NCBI GenBank assembly: GCA_963665115.1
Contig: OY762007.1
Location: 2,112,001 to 2,176,000, forward strand
Length of the DNA stretch: 64,000 nucleotides
Origin: an uncultured Rivularia sp.
Lineage (GTDB): Bacteria > Cyanobacteriota > Cyanobacteriia > Cyanobacteriales > Nostocaceae
Direction of reading: 5' to 3'
In this document: piece after piece, positions 10,638 to 21,418 of the stretch
Layout: each line of letters starts with the position of its first letter
Numbering within the stretch: the stretch's first letter is position 1
Notes under the pieces: generated by a model
Seen by the model: only the letters and a program-made list of their open reading frames with translations
Database searches by the model: none
What the model was told of the DNA's origin: nothing
Made by a program: the position numbers and the translations under genes

Positions 10638-10798
10638 AACAATTAATATATTAGTTAATTACATTTCCACAATTTTAATGGGAGTAGTAAGTTCGCAGTT
10701 ATACCGCTCTACTTTAACCTTGATATTGGATTTTATAAATAGTTTGATTTGTTTTATTCTTAGTTTAAAAATCAGATATAATTTTTGGAGCTAACAAA

Positions 10799-10951
10799 GT
10801 GCTTAAAAGCGTCTGGGCAATAGTTCGTAAAGTTTTAATTACGTTGATTTCCGATCAAGATGAGCAGAAATTTTGGTTAACAGCAAGTGAAACAGCTTTA
10901 AATCAGGTTTGGGATAATCAAGATGATGATATTTATGCCGAATTACTCTAA
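10799..10951 (+). CDS. Small antitoxin-like protein (50 aa), possibly an internally deleted remnant
   Basis: GGAG RBS + GTG start: MLKSVWAIVRKVLITLISDQDEQKFWLTASETALNQVWDNQDDDIYAELL*; the acidic W...S..AL..VWDN..DD.Y tail resembles proteins I associate with PemK/MazF toxin neighbours. Confidence 0.55.
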   Translation: MLKSVWAIVRKVLITLISDQDEQKFWLTASETALNQVWDNQDDDIYAELL

Positions 10952-10979
10952 AGATAAATAGTGTAATTATGAAACCCGT

Positions 10980-11006
10980 GTAGAGACGTAGCACTGCTAC
11001 GTCTCT
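10980..11006 (+). repeat. Single REP-like palindrome
   Basis: GTAGAGACGTAGCACTGCTACGTCTCT, same family as 7119 and 37218. Confidence 0.85.
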
Positions 11007-11126
11007 TTCAATGTGAAATTACATTTTCATATTTCTATTCAGCAACGTCAGAAATCTAAATAATTTTGATACAAACGGAAAATAGATCCCTTCGTTTATG
11101 GCTTGCTTTGTAAACTAACGTCAATC

Positions 11127-11158
11127 AAAAATCCCCACATTCCAAGAATTGCGGGGAT
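11127..11158 (-). terminator. Intrinsic terminator of dnaK
   Basis: Minus-strand stem ATCCCCGCA...TGTGGGGAT followed by a T-run, about 60 nt after the stop. Confidence 0.65.
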
Positions 11159-11217
11159 AAAAATACTATTTAATATTATTCAATCAAAAGGTGAGTTCAA
11201 AACTCACCTCTATATCA

Positions 11218-13146
11218 CTACTTGGACTCGGTGAAGTCAGCATCAATTACGTCATCACCACTTGGGGAAGCACCTGCATCTCCTGTAGCACCGTTAGGAG
11301 GAGCTTCACCACCAGGAGCAGCACCATCGGGAGCTTCACCACCAGCTTGTTGATACATATTGCTACCAACTGTGAATAATGCTTGTTGCAATTCTGGCAT
11401 TACTTTTTGAATTTGCTCGTCGTCTTCTTTGGTGACGGCTTCTTTCAAGTCTTTAACTAAACCTTCGATTTTAGTTTTGTCTTCTTCGGGAACTTTATCT
11501 CCCAATTCTTGCAACTGCTTTTCTGCTTGATATGCCAAGGAATCAGCTTGGTTTTTGCGGTCGATTTTTTCGCGACGCTCTTTGTCGGTTGAGGAGAAGC
11601 TTTCGGCTTCGTTAACCATTCTCTCAACTTCGGTTTTATCCAAAGTGGAAGCACCAGTAATACTGATAGATTGTTCCTTACCAGTACCTTTGTCTTTAGC
11701 GGTAACGTTCAAGATCCCGTTCGCATCAATATCAAAAACAACTTCAATTTGAGGTACTCCACGAGGTGCGGGAGGAATTCCATCAAGACGGAAGGTTCCC
11801 AAGCTCTTGTTGTCGTTGGACATTTCACGCTCACCTTGGAGTACGTGAATTTCTACGTTGGTTTGTCCGTCAACTGCGGTGGAGAATACTTCTGATTTCT
11901 TGGTAGGAATGGTGGTGTTGCGAGGAATAATCTTGGTCATTACGCCACCGAGGGTTTCTACACCCAAGGATAACGGACTTACGTCTAATAACAAGATTCC
12001 GGTAACTTCACCAGAAAGTACACCAGCTTGGATTGCAGCACCAACAGCTACAACTTCATCTGGGTTAACGCTTTGGTTAGGATCTTTTCCTAATACGCGC
12101 TTAACTACTTCTTGTACTGCGGGGATACGAGTAGAACCACCAACTAGTACGATTTCGTCAATATTATCTTTGGTTAATTTTGCGTCGCGTAATGCATTTT
12201 CTACGGGAATGCGACTGCGATCGATTAAGTCAGAACAAATTTCTTCAAATTTAGCGCGAGTCAGGGTTGTATCCAAGTGCTTGGGGCCATCCTGAGTTGC
12301 GGTAATAAATGGTAGGTTGATTTCTGTTTGAGTAACGCTGGAAAGTTCAATTTTGGCTTTTTCAGCAGCTTCAGTTAAGCGCTGTAAAGCTTGCTTGTCT
12401 TTCCGTAAGTCAATACCTTCTTGCTTTTGGAAATCCGCAGCTAAGAAATCAACAATCTTTTTATCAAAGTCGTCACCACCAAGGTGGGTATCTCCAGAAG
12501 TAGAAAGTACTTCAAATACGCCGTCGCCAACTTCTAAGATTGATACGTCGAAGGTACCACCACCAAGGTCAAATACCAAAATGGTTTCGTTGCTCTTTTT
12601 ATCCAAACCATATGCCAAGGAAGCGGCAGTAGGTTCGTTGATAATCCGCATTACTTCAATACCGGCAATCTTACCAGCATCTTTGGTTGCTTGACGCTGA
12701 GAGTCGTTGAAGTATGCGGGAACGGTGATCACCGCTTGGGTGATGGTTTCGCCAGTGTACTTACTAGCATCATCAACTAGCTTGCGAAGAACTTGCGAGG
12801 AAATTTCTTCTGGAGCAAACTGTTTACCAGCTTGGGGACAATCAAGCTTAACGTTGCCGTTGCTGTCTTTAACAATACTGTAAGAAACTTCGGTTGCTTC
12901 ATGGGTGATTTCTTCATGCTTACGTCCCAAAAAGCGCTTTACCGAGTAAAAAGTGTTCTCAGGATTCATCACCGCTTGACGCTTGGCGATTTGTCCAACA
13001 AGGCGATCGCCATTTTTTGCGAAAGCAACAACACTAGGTGTGGTACGAAAACCTTCGGCGTTAGCAATAACTGTGGGCTTCCCACCTTCCATTACTGCGA
13101 CGCAAGAATTAGTTGTACCTAAGTCAATTCCAACTACTTTTGCCAT
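11218..13146 (-). CDS. dnaK: Chaperone DnaK (DnaK2 type)
   Basis: [26 protein letters not shown]-terminal DDVIDADF. Confidence 0.98.
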   Translation of the reverse strand: MAKVVGIDLGTTNSCVAVMEGGKPTVIANAEGFRTTPSVVAFAKNGDRLVGQIAKRQAVMNPENTFYSVKRFLGRKHEEITHEATEVSYSIVKDSNGNVKLDCPQAGKQFAPEEISSQVLRKLVDDASKYTGETITQAVITVPAYFNDSQRQATKDAGKIAGIEVMRIINEPTAASLAYGLDKKSNETILVFDLGGGTFDVSILEVGDGVFEVLSTSGDTHLGGDDFDKKIVDFLAADFQKQEGIDLRKDKQALQRLTEAAEKAKIELSSVTQTEINLPFITATQDGPKHLDTTLTRAKFEEICSDLIDRSRIPVENALRDAKLTKDNIDEIVLVGGSTRIPAVQEVVKRVLGKDPNQSVNPDEVVAVGAAIQAGVLSGEVTGILLLDVSPLSLGVETLGGVMTKIIPRNTTIPTKKSEVFSTAVDGQTNVEIHVLQGEREMSNDNKSLGTFRLDGIPPAPRGVPQIEVVFDIDANGILNVTAKDKGTGKEQSISITGASTLDKTEVERMVNEAESFSSTDKERREKIDRKNQADSLAYQAEKQLQELGDKVPEEDKTKIEGLVKDLKEAVTKEDDEQIQKVMPELQQALFTVGSNMYQQAGGEAPDGAAPGGEAPPNGATGDAGASPSGDDVIDADFTESK

Positions 13147-13337
13147 TTTATTTTTGGCTCCGTATAACTACAAAAACAATGAATGAGAATATAAAAGGTT
13201 TAATTTTGAGGTAACTGGCTCTTAAAAGCAACCAATAAAGGCATCAATATGAAAACGCTTATTGAGCATTGAACCACTGGCTATCCTATCCTAATTACAC
13301 TGTTATATATACTGAGCCTGTCCAGCCAGTGAATGAA

Positions 13338-13353
13338 GGGTGGTTTCCCGAAC
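13338..13353 (-). promoter_or_regulatory. K-box-like element upstream of dnaK
   Basis: Minus strand GTTCGG-GAAA-CCACCC versus the cyanobacterial K-box consensus as I recall it (GTTCGG-NNAN-CCNNAC); one mismatch, about 190 nt before the ATG. Confidence 0.55.
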
Positions 13354-13874
13354 CCGTAATTGGACGGTTATGCAACAATCAGGTGTTGATGGCTCAATCA
13401 GTGTTTGCCTGCACAATGACTAATGTATGAGAATTAATACTTTGAGTAATTCGGGTGAACCGTAACAATAGTGTGGTGTTTGCCGTCTTTTTACTAAAAA
13501 AACGGATTATTTGTTAGTTCTATGGCTATAAATTTGATTTAAAACGACCTTTTTACCGATTGTTAACACCATTCTTAACTAAGGTGAAGCAACGGGGAAT
13601 GTCTATTTCATGCGAATAATTTTGAGTTTAGCTATTGGCAAGTAATTTGATTTTAATTCGAGATGCTAGATATAAGTTATACCAACTTTCAAATTAACTT
13701 TAATCTTTTAGCTAGTTAAAGGTTATTTTTACTAATTAAAATTTAGTCCTTTCGACATCAACATATGTTTCTTACGACAGTAAAATGTATGCTATCTGCT
13801 AGCTAGCGTGAGAATAGATTGTATTTAACAAATGAATCACAATCTGCAATCAAGTTAGATAGAGGACTCTCCCT

Positions 13875-16800
13875 ATGTTTCCAATCGCAAATATTGTTGG
13901 ATGCAGGTTAATCGGACAAGCACCAGTAATCGGTGGAGGATATGTCACTCCTCAAGAAGCATCATTAATTTTTTCGGGGCCACAATTTTTAGTTGCTTTA
14001 GCATCTGGGATAGTAATGGCGATCGCCTTTGGGTTACTCCTTACCAATTTATCTATCGCTATCGGAATTTCTATATTAGGAGGAGGATCGGATTCTGACG
14101 ATGACGATACGGATACGGTAGGTGAAGCTGTTAAGAAGGTAGAAGCCAAAGTTGGAATTTGGGCATTACTTACCGCGACGATAGCTTTATTTGTCGCCAG
14201 CTTTTTAGCAGTGAAAATAAGTTTAATTGAAAGTACTGTTTTAGGCGGAATTATTGGTGTAGTAATCTGGTCTGCATACTTTTCGCTGATTGCGTGGGTG
14301 GGTTCGTCGGCTGCTGGCTCGCTGATTGGTTCGCTCTTAAGTACTGCTAGCGCTGGCGTTCAAGGCGTTTTAGGTACGGCAACTGGTGCTTTAGGTGCAA
14401 ATGCTGCTAAAAATCAAATGGTTTCTACAGCAGAAGATATCACCGCCGCAGTTCGCCGCGAATTAACTTCTGGGATTGATGCTGATGGGATTAAAAACAC
14501 CGTAGAAAGTTCTTTAAGTTCTGTCAAATTACCGAATTTAGATTTACCAGAAATTAGCGGTCAGTTTAATAAAATTCTTCAAGATGGTAACTTAAAATCT
14601 CTTGCTAATAGCGACTTGCTCCAAAGCATCAACCGCGATACTTTTATTAATTTGATCGGCAGTCGTACAGATTTTTCTCAACAAGATATTAACAAAGTTG
14701 CCGACCAATTAGAAGGTGCTTGGCAAAACGCTGTAGGCAATCAAGATCCAACGCAGCAAGTAATAGATTTAATTGGCAAAGCGACTCCAGAGCAATTAAA
14801 TTCAGAAGATTTAGGTTCGCAGTTGGAAAAACAATTAGCTGAAGTTACAGCAGTTGGTGGTAGTGGCTTACTAATGCAGCAAGCGCTTAAATATGGCTTG
14901 GGTGCGGCTGTTCCAGCTGTGATGAAGAATGTCCATTTATCCGATTTGGATGTTGAAAAAATTAAACCTCAGTTGCAAAAGCTCAAAGAAAAAACTCCCG
15001 ACATAGATATCGATAGGATTAGCCAGCAGTTGCAAAATCTTAAAGAACAAGCCACCCAGAAAATTCAATTATCTTCTAATAACAATCCCATCAAGCAAGA
15101 CATACAAGGATATATTCTCAATTCTTTTCCTTGGCATTTCAACCGTTTAACTCTCAAGGATGAATTCAAAGAAGCCATTTACGATGCCGATGCCGATCCG
15201 AGACAGGTTAAACAGCGGTTAGAGGAAATCGATAAAGATTACTTAACCGATTTACTCAAGCAACGCGAAGACTTAAGCGAAGCTAGGGTAAAAGAAATCG
15301 TCGGGCAGATGGAAGAAGTTCGGAACGAAGTTTTACAAACTGTAGGTGAAGCAGCAGAAAAAGAAACATCCCAAAATCTCCGCAGCGAAATTGAGAACTA
15401 TCTTAATTCCACAGGTAAGGAAGAACTCAACCCCGAAGCAATCAAGCGCGACTTTAGCAAACTGATAGAAGATTCTGAAGCTAATTTTGAGGAATTGAAG
15501 AATCGCTTACAAGAATTGAACCGCGATGATTTAGTAGAGTTACTTTCTAAGCGCGACGATATTAGTCAGGAAGAAGCCAATAATATAGTCACTCAACTTG
15601 AAAGCACCCGCGACGAAGTTTTAAATAAAGCTCAAGAATTACAGCAGCAAGCAGAAAACAAAGCCAACGAATTGCGAGGAGAAGTAGAAAACTATCTTGT
15701 TAATACCAACAAAGAAGAACTCAATCCCGAAGCAATTAAACGCGAGTTTAAGACACTTATAGACGATCCAGAAGTTGGAGCTAAACAGCTGCGTCAAAGG
15801 CTGTCACAATTTGACCGCGATACGTTAGTTCAATTACTCTCTCAACGCGACGATTTGAGCGAGGAAGAAGTAAACCGAAAAATTGACCAGCTATTGTCTG
15901 TACGCAATAACGTCTTGCAAGCACCGCGAAAAATTGCAGGTAAAGCTAAGCAGCAATACGAAAAGACAGTACAATCACTCTCAGAGTATTTACGTAATAC
16001 CGACAAAGAAGAACTCAACCCCGAAGCAATCAAACGCGATTTGCAAAAATTGCTCGACGATCCAAAAATAGGAGCTTCAGCTATAGGTAATCGCCTTTCC
16101 CAAGTGGACAGAGATACCTTGGTAAAATTGCTCTCTCAACGCGATGATTTGAGCGAAGAGAAAATCAACCAAGTAATTGACGACGTACAAGACTCAATTG
16201 GCGACATTGTAAAAGCACCGCGTCGTTTAGCCAAGCGTACCGGCGAACAAGTTAAAAGCTTCCAAGCCGACATCGAAGAATATTTGCGTAAAACCGACAA
16301 AGAAGAACTTAATCCTGAAGGAATCAAACGCGATTTACAAAAATTGCTTGACGATCCAAAAACAGGAGCTTCAGCTATACAGCAACGTTTATCCCAAGCA
16401 GATAGAGATACCTTAGTTAAACTGCTTTCTCAACGAGAAGATTTGAGCGAAGAAAAAGTTAACCAAGTAATCGACGACGTACAAAACACAGTTAACGACA
16501 TCGTAAAAGCACCAAATCGTTTAGCAAAGCGTACCGGCGAAAAAGCTAAAAGTTTTCAAGCCGAAATCGAAGAATACTTGCGTAAAACCGACAAAGAAGA
16601 ACTTAATCCTGAAGGAATCAAGCGCGACTTGAAAAAACTGCTTGACGATCCAAAAAAAGGAGCTTCAGCGATACAGCAACGCTTATCCCAAGCAGATAGA
16701 GATACTTTAGTTAAACTGCTTTCTCAACGTGAAGATTTGAGCGAAGAGAAAGTCAACGAAATAATTGACAACGTACAAAACACAATTAGCGACATCATAA

Positions 16801-17582
16801 AAGCACCAACTCAGCTAGCAAAACGTACCAGCGCACAAGTTGCCAACTTCCAAGCCAACATCGAAGAATATTTACGCAACACCGAAAAAGAAGAACTTAA
16901 TCCCGAAGGAATCAAACGCGACTTACAGGTACTATTGCAAGATCCACGCGCCGGAATTTCAGTACTAGGCGATCGCGTATCTCAGTTCGATCGTTCTACC
17001 TTAGTATCCGTACTTTCGCAAAGAGAAGACATTTCCGAGGAAGAAGCCAACCGAATAGCAGATCAAATCGAATCTACCCGCAACTCAATCGTGCAACAGT
17101 ACCAGCAGGTGCAGCAACAGGTACAATCTGCCGTTGATGGAAGTTTAAATAAAATTCGCGATTACCTCAACTCCTTGGAGCGTCCAGAGTTAAATTACGA
17201 AGGAATAAAACAAGACTTTACCAAGTTATTTGACGACCCACAAATAGGCGCTGAAGCATTACGCAGTCGGTTATCAGAATTTGACAGAGATAGCTTAATT
17301 GCCATACTAAGCTCTCGCCAAGATATTTCTCAAAAAGACGCAAACCGCATAGTTAGTCAAATTGAATCAGCCAGAGATAGCGTCTTAGAAAGAGGAGAGC
17401 GCATCCAGAAAGAAACCAAGAAAAGAATCAAAGCCGTTAAAAAACAAGCCAAAAAGCAAGCCAAAGATGCCAAAGGAGCCGCAGCAAGTGCCGCATGGTG
17501 GTTATTTGGAGCAGCTTTGACATCACTTGCAGCAAGTGCAGCAGCCGGAGTATTAGCCGTCAGAAGCATCTACTGGTGGTAA
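13875..17582 (+). CDS. Large membrane-anchored helical repeat protein (98-aa repeats)
   Basis: 3 N-terminal TMs and 1 C-terminal TM; repeated YLRxTDKEELNPEGIKRDLQKLLDDP...DRDTLVKLLSQREDLSEE. Confidence 0.9.
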   Translation: MFPIANIVGCRLIGQAPVIGGGYVTPQEASLIFSGPQFLVALASGIVMAIAFGLLLTNLSIAIGISILGGGSDSDDDDTDTVGEAVKKVEAKVGIWALLTATIALFVASFLAVKISLIESTVLGGIIGVVIWSAYFSLIAWVGSSAAGSLIGSLLSTASAGVQGVLGTATGALGANAAKNQMVSTAEDITAAVRRELTSGIDADGIKNTVESSLSSVKLPNLDLPEISGQFNKILQDGNLKSLANSDLLQSINRDTFINLIGSRTDFSQQDINKVADQLEGAWQNAVGNQDPTQQVIDLIGKATPEQLNSEDLGSQLEKQLAEVTAVGGSGLLMQQALKYGLGAAVPAVMKNVHLSDLDVEKIKPQLQKLKEKTPDIDIDRISQQLQNLKEQATQKIQLSSNNNPIKQDIQGYILNSFPWHFNRLTLKDEFKEAIYDADADPRQVKQRLEEIDKDYLTDLLKQREDLSEARVKEIVGQMEEVRNEVLQTVGEAAEKETSQNLRSEIENYLNSTGKEELNPEAIKRDFSKLIEDSEANFEELKNRLQELNRDDLVELLSKRDDISQEEANNIVTQLESTRDEVLNKAQELQQQAENKANELRGEVENYLVNTNKEELNPEAIKREFKTLIDDPEVGAKQLRQRLSQFDRDTLVQLLSQRDDLSEEEVNRKIDQLLSVRNNVLQAPRKIAGKAKQQYEKTVQSLSEYLRNTDKEELNPEAIKRDLQKLLDDPKIGASAIGNRLSQVDRDTLVKLLSQRDDLSEEKINQVIDDVQDSIGDIVKAPRRLAKRTGEQVKSFQADIEEYLRKTDKEELNPEGIKRDLQKLLDDPKTGASAIQQRLSQADRDTLVKLLSQREDLSEEKVNQVIDDVQNTVNDIVKAPNRLAKRTGEKAKSFQAEIEEYLRKTDKEELNPEGIKRDLKKLLDDPKKGASAIQQRLSQADRDTLVKLLSQREDLSEEKVNEIIDNVQNTISDIIKAPTQLAKRTSAQVANFQANIEEYLRNTEKEELNPEGIKRDLQVLLQDPRAGISVLGDRVSQFDRSTLVSVLSQREDISEEEANRIADQIESTRNSIVQQYQQVQQQVQSAVDGSLNKIRDYLNSLERPELNYEGIKQDFTKLFDDPQIGAEALRSRLSEFDRDSLIAILSSRQDISQKDANRIVSQIESARDSVLERGERIQKETKKRIKAVKKQAKKQAKDAKGAAASAAWWLFGAALTSLAASAAAGVLAVRSIYWW
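15400..17400 (+). repeat. Seven intragenic tandem repeats of exactly 294 nt
   Basis: ELN anchor codons at 15423, 15717, 16011, 16305, 16599, 16893, 17187. Confidence 0.92.
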
Positions 17583-17604
17583 TCGTTTAATCTCGCATTA
17601 AACC

Positions 17605-17638
17605 AGAAACCCGGTTTTTTGAAAAAAGCCGGGTTTCT
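17605..17638. terminator. Hairpin after the large repeat-protein gene (terminator or REP)
   Basis: AGAAACCCGG-TTTTTT...AAAAG-CCGGGTTTCT. Confidence 0.55.
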
Positions 17639-17794
17639 CTATATCTCAAATTCTCGTTACTATTTCTCTTTACCTCTTACCTAACTCGCTCTTCGTGCCC
17701 TCTGCGGTTTTTTTTCTTGATATTCTTGATATTCGATAATTACAAACAGCAGCGCGATAAAATCCTTTAAGCGCCAAATATTAATTTTATCCGT

Positions 17795-18586
17795 GTGAAA
17801 ACAGATAGCATCTTCTACCGCCTTTTTAAAGAATTCCCCAGCATCTTTTTTGAATTAATCGGTAATTCACCGCAAACCGCAGATGCTTACGAATTCTCTT
17901 CCGTTGAAATCAAACAAACAGCATTCCGCATCGACGGTGTATTTCTTCCCAAACAACAAGAAGAAAACCCCATTTATTTTGTAGAAGTTCAATTTCAAAC
18001 CGACGAAGAAATTTATTTACGGGTATTCTCAGAAATAACTTTATACCTCCGTCAAAACAAACCTAAAAATCCTTGGCGAGGAATAGTAATTTATCCCAGT
18101 CGTAATATAGATACAGCAGATATCAATCATTACAGCGAATTTTTTGAAAGTAGACGTGTTAACAGAATTTATCTAGATGAATTAGGAGAAACAACATCGT
18201 TACCAGTGGGAATTGCTACCATAAAACTAATAATTGAAGATGAAAATACAGCCATTGTTGCCGCGAGAGAATTGATATCAAGAACCCAGCAAGAAATCAA
18301 CATCGAACAGCAGCAAAGGCAGTTACTAGAATTAATAGAGACAATATTAGTTTATAAATTCCCTAGAATGAGTAGGAAGGAGATTGAAGCAATGTTTGGA
18401 TTAAGCGACTTAAAACAAACCCGAGTTTATCAAGAAGGAGTCGAGGAAGGGAAAGAAGAAGGTGCTAGAGGGAAAAGCTTAGAACTTATACCTGTATTTT
18501 TACGATTAGGATTAAGTTTAGAAGACACAGCAAAAGAATTAGGTTTGAGTTTAGAAGAAGTTAGACGACAAGTAGAAAATCAATAA
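17795..18586 (+). CDS. Rpn family recombination-promoting nuclease/putative transposase (DUF2887 type)
   Basis: MKTDSIFYRLF, SVEIKQTAFRIDGVF, YFVEVQFQ PD-(D/E)xK-like core, QTRVYQE tail. Confidence 0.88.
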   Translation: MKTDSIFYRLFKEFPSIFFELIGNSPQTADAYEFSSVEIKQTAFRIDGVFLPKQQEENPIYFVEVQFQTDEEIYLRVFSEITLYLRQNKPKNPWRGIVIYPSRNIDTADINHYSEFFESRRVNRIYLDELGETTSLPVGIATIKLIIEDENTAIVAARELISRTQQEINIEQQQRQLLELIETILVYKFPRMSRKEIEAMFGLSDLKQTRVYQEGVEEGKEEGARGKSLELIPVFLRLGLSLEDTAKELGLSLEEVRRQVENQ

Positions 18587-18639
18587 TCTTTAACCCTCCC
18601 TAACCAACAAATATTTTGAAATTTGATGGTTGAAACCTT

Positions 18640-18753
18640 GGCAGCATCCCGATTTTTTAAAAATATATGGTAGGTAGTGCGAGCATCTTGCTCGCTATAT
18701 GTATCGAGCGAGCATCTTGCTCGCACTACAATTTTAAATATTTGAGATGCTCC
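18640..18753. mobile_element. Degenerate MITE enclosing a REP doublet
   Basis: GGCAGCATCCC...GAGATGCTCC imperfect ends (related short copy at about 35704-35740) around GTAGTGCGAGCATCTTGCTCGC...GCGAGCATCTTGCTCGCACTAC (18674-18729). Confidence 0.6.
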
Positions 18754-18835
18754 TGAAACCCCTAACTAAAAATCTTTATAATATAGTCCGCGCAGACGGA
18801 CTTCGTTTATGTAGACACGGTTTCAACCGCCATTA

Positions 18836-18925
18836 CCCAATCCCCAATCCCCAATCCCCAATTCCCCATCCCCAATTCCCCAATCCCCAATTCCCAATCC
18901 CCATCCCCAATTCCCAATCCCCATG
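18836..18925 (+). repeat. STRR heptamer array
   Basis: About 12 units of CCCAAT(C/T)/CCCCAT variants abutting the dusB start. Confidence 0.9.
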
Positions 18926-19957
18926 CTTCCCCCCGAATTAAAAACAAAACTTTCAACACCTTTAAAAATTGGCTCAGTAGAAGTCAAAAGTAGAGTTTTA
19001 CAATCCCCTTTATCTGGCGTTACTGACTTGGTATTTCGCCGTTTGGTGCGTCGTTATGCACCAGATTCAATGATGTATACCGAAATGGTTCACGCTTCGG
19101 GTTTAGCTCACGTCAAACAGCTACCCAAGGTTATGGATGTTGATATAAACGAACGTCCGATAAGCATTCAACTATTTGATTGTCGTCCGGATTTTCTTGC
19201 CCAAGCCGCACAAAAAGCTGTAAAAGAAGGCGCAGATACGATTGATATTAATATGGGTTGTCCGGTAAATAAAGTAACCAGAAAAGGCGGCGGTTCTTCG
19301 TTGTTGCGACAGCCAGAAGTTGCAGAGGCAATAGTAAAAGAAGTTGTCAGCGCGGTAGATATTCCTGTAACAGTTAAAACTCGTATCGGTTGGGATGATG
19401 CGGAAATTACTATTCTTGATTTTGCCAAACGAATGCAGGATGTAGGAGCGCAAATGATTACGATTCACGGACGTACTCGCGCTCAAGGATACAATGGCAA
19501 TGCTCGCTGGGAATGGATTGCTCGCGTTAAGGAAGTGCTTGATATTCCCGTAATTGCTAATGGAGATATTTTTTCTGTTGAATCAGCTATTAAGTGTTTG
19601 GAAGAAACTGGTGCTGATGGGGTAATGTGTTCGCGGGGTACTTTAGGCTATCCGTTTTTAGTCGGAGAAATCGATTATTTTCTTAAAACCGGAGAAAAGT
19701 TACCTCCTCAAACCACTATTCAGCTTTTAGAATGCGCCAAAGAACATTTAAAAGCGTTGTGGGAATATAAAGGGAATAGAGGAATTTATCAAGCACGAAA
19801 ACATATGGCTTGGTATGCAAAAGGTTTTGTTGGTGCTGCGGAATTAAGACAGCAGTTTAATACAGTTGAAACGGTTTTGGCAGGAGAAACTTTGATTGAT
19901 GAAGCAATCGAAAATTTAATTAATAATCATCAACTAAATCAAGAATTAATTGCATAA
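18923..19957 (+). CDS. dusB: tRNA-dihydrouridine synthase DusB
   Basis: [37 protein letters not shown]. Confidence 0.93.
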   Translation: MLPPELKTKLSTPLKIGSVEVKSRVLQSPLSGVTDLVFRRLVRRYAPDSMMYTEMVHASGLAHVKQLPKVMDVDINERPISIQLFDCRPDFLAQAAQKAVKEGADTIDINMGCPVNKVTRKGGGSSLLRQPEVAEAIVKEVVSAVDIPVTVKTRIGWDDAEITILDFAKRMQDVGAQMITIHGRTRAQGYNGNARWEWIARVKEVLDIPVIANGDIFSVESAIKCLEETGADGVMCSRGTLGYPFLVGEIDYFLKTGEKLPPQTTIQLLECAKEHLKALWEYKGNRGIYQARKHMAWYAKGFVGAAELRQQFNTVETVLAGETLIDEAIENLINNHQLNQELIA

Positions 19958-20061
19958 TTTATCAAAAAAATCTCTAAATAAGTCTAACCAAATTCACATC
20001 TTGCACCATTCTCAACAACCGCCTTGGAATAAATTCTCCGCAGTCGCTACAACGGGGGGAA

Positions 20062-21418
20062 CCCCCGTGGTTTTAGCACGGCTTTAATAATTAAATTATT
20101 TTATCCGCAATATTTGATGATAAAATATATGAATGATAGTAAGAGAAGCTAAGCTACTAAACGGAACTAAGGAACAATACCAAGCAATTGACTCTGCAAT
20201 CCGCACTGCCCAGTTTATTAGGAATAAAGCAGTTCGTTATTGGATGGATAATCAAGGGGTTGGTAAAGCTGACTTATATAAGTTGTGTTCATACTTAGCA
20301 CGCGAATTTGACTTTGCTTTGAAGTTAAACTCTGCTGCACGTCAAGCCAGTGCCGAAAGAGCTTGGTCTGCTATCTCTAACTTTTATAAACGCTGTAAAA
20401 AACAGGAAAAAAATAAAGGATATCCGAAATTTAAAAAACATTGCCGTTCTGTGGAGTACAAGGTTTCAGGATGGAAGCTATCTCCGGACTGCACGAGCAT
20501 CAATTTCACTGATGGATTTAATGCAGGGACATTTTCTTTATTTTGCAATAAGGAAACACGCATTGACCTATTTAGGATTAAGATTAACCGTGTACGAGTA
20601 ATTAGAAGAGCGGACGGTTATCACGCTCAATTCTGCTTTGATGCTGACCGTAAGGAAGTTGGGGAATTCACTGGTAAGGTTGTTGGGTTGGACTTGGGGT
20701 TAAAATATTTCACCAAAGATCAAAATGATAATGCTGTAATTTATCCCCAATTCTTGAGAAAGTCAGAACGAAGACTTAAAAAGCGATCAAAGCGATTAAG
20801 CAAAAAGTTTGTTAGAGGTAAAAAACCTCAGTCAATTAATTTTCATAAGGCACGAAAACGATTAGGTAAAGTTCATCTTAAAATCCAAAGACAGCGTAAA
20901 GATTGGGCTATAAAGCAAGCCCGATACGTAGTTCACTCTAACGATGTGATTGTCTATGAGGATTTGAAGATTGCGAACATGGTCAAAAATCATCATTTAT
21001 CTTTTGCGATTTCTGATGCTAGTTGGTATCAGTTCACTCAATGGTTAGACTACTATGGGAAAATTTGGGATAAAGCAGTAGTAGCGGTATCGCCTAACTA
21101 CACAAGCCAGAACTGTAGCCATTGTGGACATAGAGTAAAAAAATCACTTAGCACCAGAACTCATTCATGTTCTAGCTGTGGTTTTGAAATATGCCGTGAT
21201 ACGAATGCGGCTATTAATATCCTAAAAAAAGGTATGAAGATATTAGGATTTAAGTGGCAAAACAACAGTACCTTTGGGCAAAAGGGATCTGCCTCGTAAG
21301 AGGGAAAGCATGGGGAGAAGAGCGCCAATACTACTGATGGGAAACTGTACGGTAGCAAGCGAATTTCTGTGAACCATGAACTAGAATCCCCGTGCGTTTA
21401 CGCCGGGGAGTATGTCAA
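20062..21418 (+). mobile_element. Non-autonomous IS200/IS605-family (IS1341-like) element
   Basis: tnpB without tnpA; right-end hairpin CCCCGTGCGTTTACGCCGGGG followed by TATGTCAA; similar left hairpin CCGTGGTTTTAGCACGG; left boundary uncertain. Confidence 0.8.
20133..21299 (+). CDS. tnpB: RNA-guided endonuclease TnpB
   Basis: RuvC motifs GLDLG, YEDL, RDTNAAINI; Zn ribbon CSHC...CSSC; GYPKFKK. Confidence 0.93.
   Translation: MIVREAKLLNGTKEQYQAIDSAIRTAQFIRNKAVRYWMDNQGVGKADLYKLCSYLAREFDFALKLNSAARQASAERAWSAISNFYKRCKKQEKNKGYPKFKKHCRSVEYKVSGWKLSPDCTSINFTDGFNAGTFSLFCNKETRIDLFRIKINRVRVIRRADGYHAQFCFDADRKEVGEFTGKVVGLDLGLKYFTKDQNDNAVIYPQFLRKSERRLKKRSKRLSKKFVRGKKPQSINFHKARKRLGKVHLKIQRQRKDWAIKQARYVVHSNDVIVYEDLKIANMVKNHHLSFAISDASWYQFTQWLDYYGKIWDKAVVAVSPNYTSQNCSHCGHRVKKSLSTRTHSCSSCGFEICRDTNAAINILKKGMKILGFKWQNNSTFGQKGSAS

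Noticed and set aside
11191..13186. Several long plus-strand ORFs opposite dnaK
   Set aside because: Antisense shadow frames typical of a codon-biased, highly expressed gene; no motifs
18747..18941. 64-aa Pro-rich ORF
   Set aside because: Translation of a dispersed repeat and an STRR array
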